Positions 31,381-41,468 are shown, counted from the first letter of the stretch. The stretch is DNA of 64,000 nt from an uncultured Gemmatimonadales bacterium (GCA_963726955.1 CAVSEC010000006.1:350601-414600); one strand, 5' to 3'. Numbers and translations: made by a program. The notes: generated by a model from the sequence alone, not told the origin.

Positions 31381-31449
31381 GGGATCCTCAGTCGAACGGC
31401 GATCGCGTCAGGGGAGCCACATCACCAGATATCACGCTTCAGCCGGAGT

Positions 31450-31460
31450 GGACCCTGACA
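31450..31460 (-). promoter_or_regulatory. TGTCAGGGTCC motif, copy 2 (69 nt upstream of the FecR start)
   Basis: Exact 11-mer shared with 32134..32144. It lies 4 nt after the sigma-factor stop. It is also the left arm of a 7-bp inverted repeat (GTCAGGG ... CCCTGAC). Confidence 0.4.
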
Positions 31461-31463
31461 ACC

Positions 31464-32063
31464 TCACCCGACCAGGAATGGGCCGACGAGGAGCGACCCG
31501 GCCGCAACGAGGCAGAGTACGAGGTAGGGAGCCAGCCGCTGGCGCAGGGTCTTGAGCGCGCGGCCCATCTGGGTCTCGACGGTCTTGATCGAGATCTCGA
31601 GAGTGGCCGCGATCGCGGCATAGGTGAGGTGCTGCTCGCGGTGCAGCGTGAAGATCAGACGGCGGCGTTCAGGGAGTGCCTGTACCTCACGCTCCAGGGC
31701 GATCGCCAATTCGCTGAGGTCGGATTCCTCCGCCGCCGGCGAGCGCTCGCCGAGGACGTCACCGGCGCGGCTGGCGAGCGTGAGAAAGCGCCAGCGCTCC
31801 CGCCGACCGTGGGTGATCGCGCGGTTCCGCACCGACGCGAACAGGTATGGCACCGGATCGACGAGGTCGACCTCCCCCCGCCGGGACCAGAGCGAAAGGA
31901 AGAGGTCCTGGACGATATCCTCCGCCGCCGCCCGGGACCCGGTGATCCGGTACGCGAATTGACACAACCGGGCGTAGTGAGCCAGGAAGAGCGCGTCGAA
32001 GTCCGGCGAGGTTGCCGGAACCGGCGCGACCAAAGGACGCCGCGGTCGGAACGGAAGGGTCAT
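31464..32063 (-). CDS. ECF (group 4) sigma-70 family RNA polymerase sigma factor
   Basis: Intact 199-aa ORF. Region 2 (AAEDIVQDLFLSLW) and the region 4 helix-turn-helix (LTYAAIAATLEISIKTVETQMGRALKTLRQ) are present. Confidence 0.9.
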   Translation of the reverse strand: MTLPFRPRRPLVAPVPATSPDFDALFLAHYARLCQFAYRITGSRAAAEDIVQDLFLSLWSRRGEVDLVDPVPYLFASVRNRAITHGRRERWRFLTLASRAGDVLGERSPAAEESDLSELAIALEREVQALPERRRLIFTLHREQHLTYAAIAATLEISIKTVETQMGRALKTLRQRLAPYLVLCLVAAGSLLVGPFLVG

Positions 32064-32133
32064 GCGTCAGTATCGGCCTTCGGAATGGAAAGCAGGACGG
32101 CACCCGGATGAGTGAAGACTCCCGGGCGAGCCC

Positions 32134-32144
32134 GGACCCTGACA
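32134..32144 (-). promoter_or_regulatory. TGTCAGGGTCC motif, copy 1 (70 nt upstream of the ECF sigma start)
   Basis: Exact 11-mer shared with 31450..31460. It overlaps a TCCGGG-CTCG-CCCGGA hairpin. Confidence 0.4.
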
Positions 32145-32235
32145 GCGACGGAGCCGGGCGAGGGATCGGGGGGAACCCGGATCGCGCGGGGCTGAAAAGG
32201 TAGTCCGTCCTTCGATGGCGTCCAGCCAGGAAAGC

Positions 32236-35067
32236 CTACTCCGGCAGCAGGGTTACCCGGATCCGGCCCGCCTTGTCGAGGAACTGCTCGGCGGCCATCC
32301 TGACCTGCGACTCGGTCAGCTCCTCGGCCTCCCGATCCGAGGGAATCTCCGCCAGCGGCCAGCCGCGCTGGTCCGCCACTGCGATCGCCGAGAGCCAGTA
32401 ACCATTGGTCTTCCGCGCCGTCTCGAGTCCGCGACTCCGCTCGGTCCGGTAGCTGTCCATCTCGGCCGCGGTCGGACCATCGGCCACGAGATGCTCGATC
32501 TCCTGATACACCGCCGTGGTCAGCTCCTCCTGCCGTCCCGGATCGGCGTCGAACTCCACACTGATCCGATAGGAGATCCCGGGGACAGGCGTGATTGCGG
32601 AGCTCACCGAGACGCCGTACACCCCTCCCAGCACCTGCCGCAGCCGGTCCTGCAGGCGCTGACGGAGGACGTGCTCCATCGCGAGGGCCGCCACGGACTC
32701 GAGACGGGACACCGGACCCTCGCGATGAAAGACCAGTGCCGTCGTGCTCCGCGGCTCCCTGCCGCGGTGCAGCACCCGTTCCACCGCTCCCTCGGGCGGC
32801 GTGATGCTGCGGCGGACGAGGCTGTCTGCCCGGGGCTGCGTCGGGAGCCCGCCCAGGTACCGCTCGAGCAGCGGGACGATCGCCTCCGGGTCGAAATTCC
32901 CCACGAGAACGAAGGTGAAGCCCGAGGCGTCGCCAAATCTCTGCTGGAAGAATGACAGCGATGCGGTCGGATCGAGCTGCTGGACGAAACTCGAATCCAG
33001 CAACCGCAACTCCGGACTGTGATTCGAGAGCAGCAGGCGGAGCGTGTCCGCCATCGCCTCATGCGGGTCGGCGCTGCGGTTCCGCACGGCCTCATCGAGG
33101 CCGGCGCGGTACCTCGCCACCACCAGCGTATCCAGTCTCGGCGCCGTGGACTGCAGGTACACCAGTTGCAACAGGGTTTCGAGGTCGGCCGGAGCGCTGG
33201 ACCCCGAGAGACCCTCGGCGTAGCGATTGATGCTGCATCCCAGGGTCACCACCCTGCCAGTCAGCATTCGGGAGAGCGTCACCGGATCGAAGCGCGAGAT
33301 CCCGCTGCCGCAGATAATCGATTGTGCCGTCGCGGCGGGGATCAGTACCGCCTCGGCCGCTGCCGCGAAGCCGCCCGATCGATAGCTCGAGAACAGGATC
33401 TCGCCGCGATTGAACGTGGTCGGCTTGAGCAGCACCCGCACACCGTTCGACAGCTCGAGGCGCTGAACGCCGATCGCCTCGATCCGGTCGGAGCGCAGCA
33501 CCCGCCCACCGACCGGTTGGTCCTTCATCAGGATGGTCTCGGCGGCAGGCTCAGTGAAGCTGGCGAGCCGTTCGGCAGGGCCGGTGACGACGGCGAGCAG
33601 CTCCTCCTCGGTCGGCTTGGGGCCGGCGGCCGGCACGCTGGCGATGACGATCGGTGGGCTCACCTTGCGGCGCGCATCTCCAGCGGTGCGAATCTCGACT
33701 TCGGTGAGCAGGGGCAACAGCCGCCGGCTCAGCTCGAGCTGGGTGTCGAAGGAGAGGGTCGGGTCGCCGACGAGGTGGTCATCGACGAGCTGCGCCGCCA
33801 GCGAAGCCGAGGAGATCCGCTCCCGCTGGTCCTCTGCCTGTGACAGGCCGCGGAGCATGTCGGTCCGGGCCCGGGTGAGTTCGGTCGCCGTGAACCCCTC
33901 CGTCTCCACCCGGCCGACTTCGGCCAGCAGCGCCTTGAGCGCGGTGGTGATGCCTCCTGCCGGTGCTCCGGCGGAGAGCTGGTAGGCCTGGACTCCGCGG
34001 ACCAGTCCGCCATCTCCAGCGCCGGCGCTCAGGAACGGCGGTGCGGCCTCCATGGCACGAGCCCCCAGCCGCTCGTTGAGCATCGCATCGTAGAGGTTCA
34101 GTGCGATCAGCCGGCGGAAATCGGCTTCCGTCCGCGTCGGTCGGCTGCCCTGCCGGTAGAGGACGGTGACACTCGTGCTTGAGATCTCGGAGTCGGCGAG
34201 CACCGCCGCCCTGGCGGCCTCGACCGGCGGCACCTCTCGCGTCGGCTCCTCCCGCGGCGGGCCCCCTGGGGGAATCACTCCGAACTGGCGCCGCACCCGC
34301 GCCTCCAACGCAGCGACGTCGATGTCGCCGACGATCACGATCGCCATCCGCTCCGGACGATACCAGTCCGCATAGAATCGCCGTACGGCCGATATCGGCG
34401 CCGCCGCCACCAGGGCTGGCACGCCGATCGGTGCCCGGTCCAGGTAGCGGCTGCCCCGCAGGATCACCGCGGACTGGCGCTCGGACAGCCGCTGTCCCGC
34501 GCCGAGCGTGGAACGCCACTCCTCGACGACAACTTTGCGCTCCCGCAGCAACTGCGCAGGATCGAGGGTCAGCCGATGGGCCCACTCTTCGAGCAGGGTG
34601 ATCCCGGCCGTGAGCAGGGCGGCACTGTCGGTGGGGACCGTCAGCTGATAGACGGTCTCCTCGTACCCGGTCCGGGCATTCACGTCGGCGCCGACCCGCA
34701 AGCCGATCCGCTCGAAGAACTTCCAGACCGAGTTGCCGGGAAACTGCGGGGTCCCGTCAAAGGCGAGATGTTCGAGGAGATGCGCCAGCCCGAGCTGGTC
34801 CTGGTCTTCGTTCATCGAGCCGGCGTCGACCACCAGCCGCAATTCGGCCCGCTGGGCCGGGTAGCTGTTCTGCCTGATATAATAGGAAAGGCCGTTCGCC
34901 AGCACGCCGTGCCGGACCGCCGGGTCCACAGGGAGAATCGGGCTTGAATCGGTGCTCGCCTGTGCGGCGGCATCCCGGGGTTGAACCGCCAACGCCGGGA
35001 GCAGCAGCAGGGTGCTTGCAACCACGCGACCAACCAGCGCCAGCTTCCGATCCATGGGGAGTTCCAT
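32236..35067 (-). CDS. Secreted two-unit M16 (pitrilysin/insulinase) zinc peptidase
   Basis: Intact 943-aa ORF with a signal peptide (LLLLPALAVQPRDAAAQ). The inverted zinc motif HLLEHLAF (HxxEH) is present. The length fits two M16 active/inactive domain pairs. Confidence 0.9.
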   Translation of the reverse strand: MELPMDRKLALVGRVVASTLLLLPALAVQPRDAAAQASTDSSPILPVDPAVRHGVLANGLSYYIRQNSYPAQRAELRLVVDAGSMNEDQDQLGLAHLLEHLAFDGTPQFPGNSVWKFFERIGLRVGADVNARTGYEETVYQLTVPTDSAALLTAGITLLEEWAHRLTLDPAQLLRERKVVVEEWRSTLGAGQRLSERQSAVILRGSRYLDRAPIGVPALVAAAPISAVRRFYADWYRPERMAIVIVGDIDVAALEARVRRQFGVIPPGGPPREEPTREVPPVEAARAAVLADSEISSTSVTVLYRQGSRPTRTEADFRRLIALNLYDAMLNERLGARAMEAAPPFLSAGAGDGGLVRGVQAYQLSAGAPAGGITTALKALLAEVGRVETEGFTATELTRARTDMLRGLSQAEDQRERISSASLAAQLVDDHLVGDPTLSFDTQLELSRRLLPLLTEVEIRTAGDARRKVSPPIVIASVPAAGPKPTEEELLAVVTGPAERLASFTEPAAETILMKDQPVGGRVLRSDRIEAIGVQRLELSNGVRVLLKPTTFNRGEILFSSYRSGGFAAAAEAVLIPAATAQSIICGSGISRFDPVTLSRMLTGRVVTLGCSINRYAEGLSGSSAPADLETLLQLVYLQSTAPRLDTLVVARYRAGLDEAVRNRSADPHEAMADTLRLLLSNHSPELRLLDSSFVQQLDPTASLSFFQQRFGDASGFTFVLVGNFDPEAIVPLLERYLGGLPTQPRADSLVRRSITPPEGAVERVLHRGREPRSTTALVFHREGPVSRLESVAALAMEHVLRQRLQDRLRQVLGGVYGVSVSSAITPVPGISYRISVEFDADPGRQEELTTAVYQEIEHLVADGPTAAEMDSYRTERSRGLETARKTNGYWLSAIAVADQRGWPLAEIPSDREAEELTESQVRMAAEQFLDKAGRIRVTLLPE

Positions 35068-35183
35068 CGTGTCAGGGCGAATTCGATGAGCCGGCGCCGG
35101 GCCGGGTCAGAGCTAAGACTCGCGAAGCCCGCGGCGCCCCTATTCCCTAGACCTCACCCGATCTCCTCGGGCGGGCACGGAGG

Positions 35184-35244
35184 CCCTCCCCACACCCTTT
35201 CCCCTTCCCCTTTCCCCCTCCCCGCCTTCCCCTAACTTCCCCTC
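35184..35244 (+). other. 61-nt polypyrimidine, C-tract-rich leader directly upstream of the GH57 start (G-tract-rich on the minus strand)
   Basis: The sequence reads ccctccccacaccctttccccttcccctttccccctccccgccttcccctaacttcccctc followed by ATG. It has at least 8 runs of C3-5 within 61 nt. Confidence 0.7.
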
Positions 35245-37196
35245 ATGCCCAACCCCATCCGGTTCGTGTTCGGAGTCCACCTGCATCAGCCGGTGGGCAA
35301 CTTCGATTCGGTCTTCGAGCAGCACGTGGCCGAGGTCTACCGGCCGTTCCTCCAAAAGGTGGACGAGCGGGACTTCCTGCCGATCGTGCTGCACCTCTCG
35401 GGGCCGCTGCTCGAATGGCTGGAACGCCACGACCGCCGCTACCTCGATCTCCTCGGCCGGCTCGTCGCGGACGGCAAGGTCGAGCTGCTCTGCGCGGGCA
35501 TGTACGAGCCGGTCCTCGCGGCGCTGCCGCGCCGGGACCGGGTGGAGCAGATCGGGTGGCTACGGGACGCCATCGCGCACCGCTTCGGCGTCGAACGCGA
35601 TCGGCCTCTGGCTCACCGAGCGCGTCTGGGAACCGGAGCTCGCCGCCGACCTGGTCGACGCCGGCGTCCGCTACGCGCTCGTCGACGACCGCCACTTCCT
35701 GGTCAGCGGGTTCCGGCGCGACGATCTGCACGTCCCCTTCGTGACCGAGAGCGACGGCCGCCAGCTGGCCCTCTTCCCGATCGACGAACGACTGCGCTAC
35801 CTGATCCCCTTCCGTCCGCCGGCGGAGACGGCCACCTATCTGCGCGAGCTGCGCGGCCCGGGGCAAGCCGCTGGCGGTGCTGGCCGACGACGGCGAGAAG
35901 TTCGGCGGCTGGCCCGGCACCGAATGATTGGGTCTACGAGAAGGGCTGGCTGGACCAGTTCATCACCACGATGTCGGCGCTGGTCGACGGCGGCGAGGTG
36001 CAGCTGACCACGCTCTCACGAGGCGCTCGACTCGCGTCCCGTCGGGCGGCCTCGCCTACCTGCCGACCGCGTCGTACCGCGAGATGGAGGGGTGGTCGCT
36101 CCCGCCGGAGCCGGCGCGGCATCTGCATCGCGCTCGAACAGGAGCTGGGAGAGGAGCGCGCTCGCGGGGCGCGGATGGCGCGCTGCATCCGCGGCGCCCA
36201 CTGGCGCAACTTCCTGGTGAAGTACGCCGAGGCGAACCGCATGCACAAGAAGATGGTGGCGCTCTCCGCCTCTGCCGCGACGCGGGCGACCCGCCCGAGG
36301 CGCGCCGCGCCATCGGCCGGGCCCAGTGCAACGACGCCTACTGGCATGGCGTCTTCGGCGGACTCTATCTGCCCCACCTGCGCGACCACATCTGGTACGA
36401 GCTCGCCGGCGCCGAGGCGATCCTCCGCGAGGGTCAGCCGGTGGCGTGGGAGTCTCGCGACATCGACTGCGACGGCTACGAGGAGCTGTGGATCCACGAC
36501 GAGACCTTCTCCGCCATCATCAGCCCGGCGCGTGGCGGGGTGATCGAGGAGTACACCGTCTTCGAACACCGGATCAACTACGCCAACACGCTCACCCGTC
36601 GTCGCGAGGCCTATCATGAGCCGAGCCCGGACCATGCGCAGAGGGACGAGTGACCACGACGAGGCGGGCGCCCCCACCATTCACGGCCTCGAAGAGCAGA
36701 TGCGGCAGAGCAGCTGCCGCCGATCGACGCCGAGCCGCGGGTGCTGATCCGGGAGCGCGCGCTCGGCTCCGAGGTGGGTGAGGCGATGTACGCCCGGGGT
36801 GACTACGATGCCCCGTGGAGCGTGAGTGAGGCTCGACTGGAGATGGATGTCGTCGGGGAACCCGAGGGCGTCGCCGTGTCGTTCCGGGCGGTCGAGGCGG
36901 GGGTCACGGTCTTCGAGAAGTGCTACCACTTCGTGTCCGGCGGCCGGCTGGTGGTCGACTATCGCTGGCTCCCCGCGGCCTTTGGGCCGACCGACATCTT
37001 TGCGCCGGAGTTGAGCTACGCGGGGCCGATGGAGATCACCTGCAGCCCCGGCGCACCAGTCTGGAGTCACGACATCGTGACGGTGGCCAAGTCGGAGAAG
37101 GAGCTGGAGACCACCATTCAGGGCCGATCCTCGACGCCCCGGTGGCCTGCGCAGCTGGGTGAGTCGCGGATCGAGATCAGTACTTCCGGGCGATGA
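35245..37196 (+). pseudogene. GH57-family enzyme (4-alpha-glucanotransferase/amylase-like with DUF1925/DUF1926-type C-terminal region); at least 6 frame breaks
   Basis: The N-terminus MPNPIRFVFGVHLHQPVGNF...LSGPLLEWL is intact to about 35600. Later blocks GLWLTERVWEPELAADLVDAGVRYALVDD, LAVLADDGEKFGGWPGT, AYLPTASYREMEGWSLP, RAQCNDAYWHGVFGGLYLPHLR and the C-terminal part ending ..RIEISTSGR (stop 37196) lie in alternating frames. Confidence 0.75.
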
Positions 37197-37204
37197 GGTC
37201 AGCT

Positions 37205-37224
37205 CCGGTGCCCCTGGGCACCGG
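37205..37224. terminator. GC-rich hairpin between convergent genes (possible bidirectional terminator)
   Basis: CCGGTGCC-CCTG-GGCACCGG is a perfect 8-bp stem. It lies between the stops at 37196 (+) and 37251 (-). No U-run follows. Confidence 0.45.
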
Positions 37225-37250
37225 AACCGGTACCAAGTCCCCCCGCACTT

Positions 37251-39222
37251 CTAGGGAAGGTACTTCCCGACTTTCGGCTCCACCTTCAGCACCCAGAGCC
37301 CGCTGTTGATGTCCGGCACGTACATCACCCCGTTCTTCACAACCACACCCCAGGCGAACGGCACATGGGGCTTCTTCCCCATGGAATCGGCGGTGAAGAT
37401 CCAGCTGATCTCCCGCCCCTGACGCAGCAGGTCGCCCTTGAGCTCGCCGGAGATGTCGAGGACCCGGGCGCCGCCCTGGTAGTTGCCGAGGTACAGCGTG
37501 TCCCCCTCCACCCAGACGTTGTGCACGCCGCCGTCGGTCGGCTCATACCACGCCACTTCCTTCGGATGCTCGATGTCCGAGACATCGATCACATGCAGCC
37601 GGCCCCAGGTCAGGTTGTTGCCGTCCTTGAGCCCCTTCGACTCCCGCGAGGCGTACACCTCGTCCCCGGCAAAGACGTACTTGCCGGCCCGCCAGGCGGT
37701 GTGGGTGCCGCGGTAACCGAGTCCGTAGAGCTGATCGACCCGGGCGTAGGTCTCGGAGAGGTTGTACTTGTACTGCGACGACCAGCACCGGTTTCTCGGG
37801 CGTGCCCCCCTTCATGCCGTTGCCGACATCGAGGATGATCACGCCGTCGTTCCAGTAGGCCAGATAGGCGAGCCCGTCGACGACCATGATGTCGTGCAGG
37901 TAGCGCCCGGCTTCGGTCTGCTCGGTCTGCCAGCGGCCCACCTCGGCCGGATGGTACGGGTCGCGGATGTCGATCACCCGCATCGAGCCGGTGGCGTCAT
38001 CGGTGAGGAAGACGTGGCCCTGATAGACGTAACTCGAATGCACCCCGCCGGTGACGGTCTCGTTGTAGTCGGCGATGACCTTCGGATGGCAGGGATCGCT
38101 GGCGTCGAAGACCTTGATCCCGTTCTTCCGGTTGGAGGCGCCCTCACGGGAGAAGACGCCGAACTTGCCGTCCTCCGTCGTCATGATGTCGTTGAGCAGC
38201 CGCGCGTCCGCCATCATGGAGTCGACGATGTGTGGCGTGGTGGGATCCTGGATGTCGATCACGTAGGCCCGGTCCGCGATGGTGGTCATGTAGGCGCACT
38301 AGCCCCGACGGATGCACCCACACCTCGGCGGCCAGCTCCTTGATCGGCAACCGGCCCAGCACCTCCATGCCGCGCGTCACCCGCCGGAGCGTCACGCTGA
38401 CGACCGCATCCGCCGCTTTGCCTTCCCGCCTCGGCGGTGACGGTGTACCGCCCCGGCTTCTCCGCCACAAAGGCGCCGTCGTCATCGATCTGGGCGACGC
38501 CATCACCGCCCGCCACCGACCAGCGGGCGGCGAATCCGGTCACCTTCTTGCCCGGTCGGGGCCCGTCCCACGGCGGTGAAGCGGACCACATCTCCGGTCC
38601 GGATCACCGGTGCACCAGGCTCGATCTCGAGCCGAGTCAGGGAACTCGGCACCACCTGGAGCGCAAGCGAGCTCTTCGCCGCACCCGCGGCACCCGAGAT
38701 GGTGACCTTGCCGGGCGCGAGCGCACGCAGTCGTCCATCCGCCGTGATCGAGGCGATCCGCGGATTGCTGGAGCTGAATCGAATCGCGTCGTCACGGGGA
38801 TCGTTGTGGACGCTGAAGGCGGCGCCGGAGATCGTGCGCCGGCTGCCGACGAGGAGGTTCCCGTCGACCGGGGTGAGCGTCACCCGGAACGCCGCCTCCG
38901 GCTGCACCTCGACTTTCGCGTTGCCGTAGACCGCCTTGGTGTCCTTCACGGACACCACCGCCGTGACCAGCACCGTCCCGCGGTACCCCGCCGTCAGCAG
39001 GCCGGTCGAGTCGATCTCCCCCTGGCCGCCGCCGTCGAACCAGCGCACCTGGACGCCGGGGACCGGTTGACCGGAGGCGTCGAGGGCGCGAGCGGAGAAT
39101 TGAAGCGTCTGCCCCACCTGCAGCGTGGCGGTGGCCGGAGTGACGTCCACCGTGGCAATCGGTGACGGCGCCTGAGCCGGCAAAGGCGCCTGCAGGAGTC
39201 CGAGCAAGAGAGCTGGCAGCAT
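37251..39222 (-). pseudogene. Secreted Big_2-domain plus LVIVD-repeat beta-propeller protein; 4 frame breaks
   Basis: ATG at 39222 (MLPALLLGLLQAPLPAQA signal peptide). Big_2-like repeats (VTPATATLQVGQTLQFSARALDASGQPV). LVIVD-type repeats (AYVIDIQDPTTPHIV, MRVIDIRDPYHPAEV, LHVIDVSDIEHPKEV). Segments change frame near 38595, 38440, 38295 and 37790. Confidence 0.7.
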
Positions 39223-39344
39223 GGAGATCGAGGGAAAGAGGGAGTGGGGATGAGGAATCATTCCAGGCAACGTGGAAATCTACTCCCGGGTTTCGTCGGC
39301 GCGAGGGCAGCCCCCATCCCCCGCCGCCGCGTGGCCGTTCCGGG

Positions 39345-39386
39345 TCCCCGTTCCCTCTGCCCCTTTCTCTCTTATCTTTCCGCCCC
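39345..39386 (+). other. Polypyrimidine leader upstream of aguB; a mirror-image pyrimidine-rich leader serves the divergent gene at 39223..39257 (minus strand)
   Basis: The plus strand reads tccccgttccctctgcccctttctctcttatctttccgcccc followed by ATG. The minus-strand leader of the LVIVD gene reads tcctcatccccactccctctttccctcgatctcc followed by ATG. Confidence 0.6.
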
Positions 39387-40296
39387 ATGTCGACCCCCGA
39401 TCCCACGCAGGTGATCCTCGGCCTCATCCAGATGCGGATGACCGCGGACCCGGAGGAGAACTTCTCCCGCGCGATCGCACGCATTCGTGATGCGGCGCAG
39501 CGCGGCGCGCAGGTGATCTGCCTGCCCGAGCTGTTCCGCAGCCCGTACTTCTGCCAGACGGAGAACCACGATTTCTTCTCGCTCGCCGAGCCGATGCCAG
39601 GCCCGAGTACCGAGCGACTCGGCAGGCTCGCGGGCGAACTGGGCGTCGTGATCATCGCCTCGCTTTTCGAGAAGCGGGCCGAGGGGCTCTATCACAATAC
39701 GACCGCCGTCCTCGATGCCGACGGCAGCTACCTGGGCAAGTACCGGAAGATGCACATTCCGGACGACCCCAACTATTACGAAAAGTTCTACTTCACGCCG
39801 GGCGATCTCGGCTACCGCTCGTGGGACACCAGGTTTGCCAAGGCGGGCGTGCTCATCTGCTGGGACCAGTGGTACCCGGAGGCGGCGCGGCTCACCGCGC
39901 TCACCGGCGCACAGCTCCTCTTCTATCCCACCGCGATCGGCTGGCTGGTGCCGGAAAAGGCCGAGTACGGTCCGGCGCAGCAGGCGTCGTGGGAAACGAT
40001 TCAGCGGAGCCATGCGATCGCCAACGGCGTCTTTGTCGCCGCGGTGAATCGGGTCGGGGTCGAGAGCGGGCCCGAATCAGGGGATCGAATTCTGGGGCGG
40101 AAGCTTCGTCTGCGCCCCCAACGGCGAGATCGTCGCCCGGGCCGGCACCGGCGAGGAGACACTGATCGTCCCCATCGACACCCGAAAGGTGGACTTCGCG
40201 CGGACGCACTGGCCCTTCCTCCGGGACCGGCGCGTCGACAGCTACGGCGATCTGACCAGGCGCTACATCGACGAGCCCCTCTCTCCCGGCCCCTCG
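39387..40296 (+). pseudogene. aguB: N-carbamoylputrescine amidase (CN-hydrolase), one frame break near 40085; no stop before aguA
   Basis: MSTPDPTQVILGLIQMRM, CLPELF, YRKMHIPDDPNYYEKFYFTPGD and ICWDQWYPEAAR (catalytic Cys) are all present. After GPESG, a 1-nt offset at a G4 run restores IEFWGGSFVCAPNGEIV...WPFLRDRRVDSYGDL. Confidence 0.85.
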
Positions 40297-41359
40297 ATGG
40301 CCGAGCCCACCCCCGCCTCACTCGGCTTCCGCATGCCGGCCGAGTGGGCACCCCATCGCGGCACCTGGCTGAGCTGGCCCCATCGCGAGGCGTCGTGGCC
40401 TGGCCGCTTCGAGGCCGGTGCCCGGCGTCTTCGTGGAAATCGTGCGCCACCTCGTGCCCCACGAGGAGGTGCACATCAACGTCACCGGCGCCGAGATGGC
40501 CGCCGACGTGCGTCGCCGCCTCGAAAAGGCGGGTGTGCCCACTCGTCCCGCGTGACCCTGCATCCGAATCCGACCAACGACGCCTGGTGCCGGGACCACG
40601 GGCCGATCTTCGTGCAACGGGAGACCGCCAGCGGCCGCCGCGAGCAGGCCATCGTCGACTGGGGCTACAACGCCTGGGGCGGGAAGTATCCGCCGTTCGA
40701 CTCCGACGACGTCATCCCTACGCGCATCGGCGCGACGTTCAAGCTCCGGGTGTTCCACCCGGCGATCGTGATGGAGGGGGGAAGCCTCGACGTCAATGGC
40801 CGGGGCACGCTGCTCACCACCGAGAGCTGCCTGCTCAATCCCAATCGCAACCCCTCGCTCACCCGCGCGGCAGATCGAGCAGCACCTCAAGGACTTCCTG
40901 GGCGTCACCCACATTCTCTGGCTGGGCGACGGGATCGAGGGCGATGATACCGACGGCCACGTGGACGATCTCACCCGTTTCGTGGACGAGAACACCGTCG
41001 TGACCGTGGTCGAGGACGATCCCCGCGACCGCAACTTCGCGCCGCTCAAGGACAATCTCGAGCGCCTGCGCCGCATGGCGGATCAGGACGGCCGCCCGCT
41101 CCGCGTGGTGACGCTGCCCATGCCACCGGCGATGCACATCGACGCGCAACGCCTCCCGGCGAGCTACGCGAACTTCTACATCGCCAATGGCGTGGTCCTG
41201 CTCCCCGCCTATCACCCTCCGACGGACGAGATCGCGCGGGCCACACTGCAGAAGTACTTCCCGACCCGCAGGGTCATGCTGGTCGACTCGCGCGACCTCG
41301 CCTGGGGCCTGGGCTCCTTTCACTGCGTGACTCAGCAATGGCCCTCCCTCACCACCTGA
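40297..41359 (+). pseudogene. aguA: Agmatine deiminase; 3 frame breaks
   Basis: MAEPTPASLGFRMPAEWAPHRGTWLSWPH, NDAWCRDHGPIF, VMEGGSLDVNGRGTLLTTESCLLNPNRNP, GDDTDGHVDDLTRFV and GSFHCVTQQ (catalytic Cys) are all present. Frame changes fall near 40410, 40545 and 40870. Confidence 0.85.
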
Positions 41360-41468
41360 TGCGGTCCCTCGATCCGTCGAGCCGGGCGCAGCATGAATCC
41401 ATGGCGCCCGGGATCGGCCGTCAGTCTTTCCCAGCACTGCACCAGTCAACCTCCATCCACGAGTCGCC

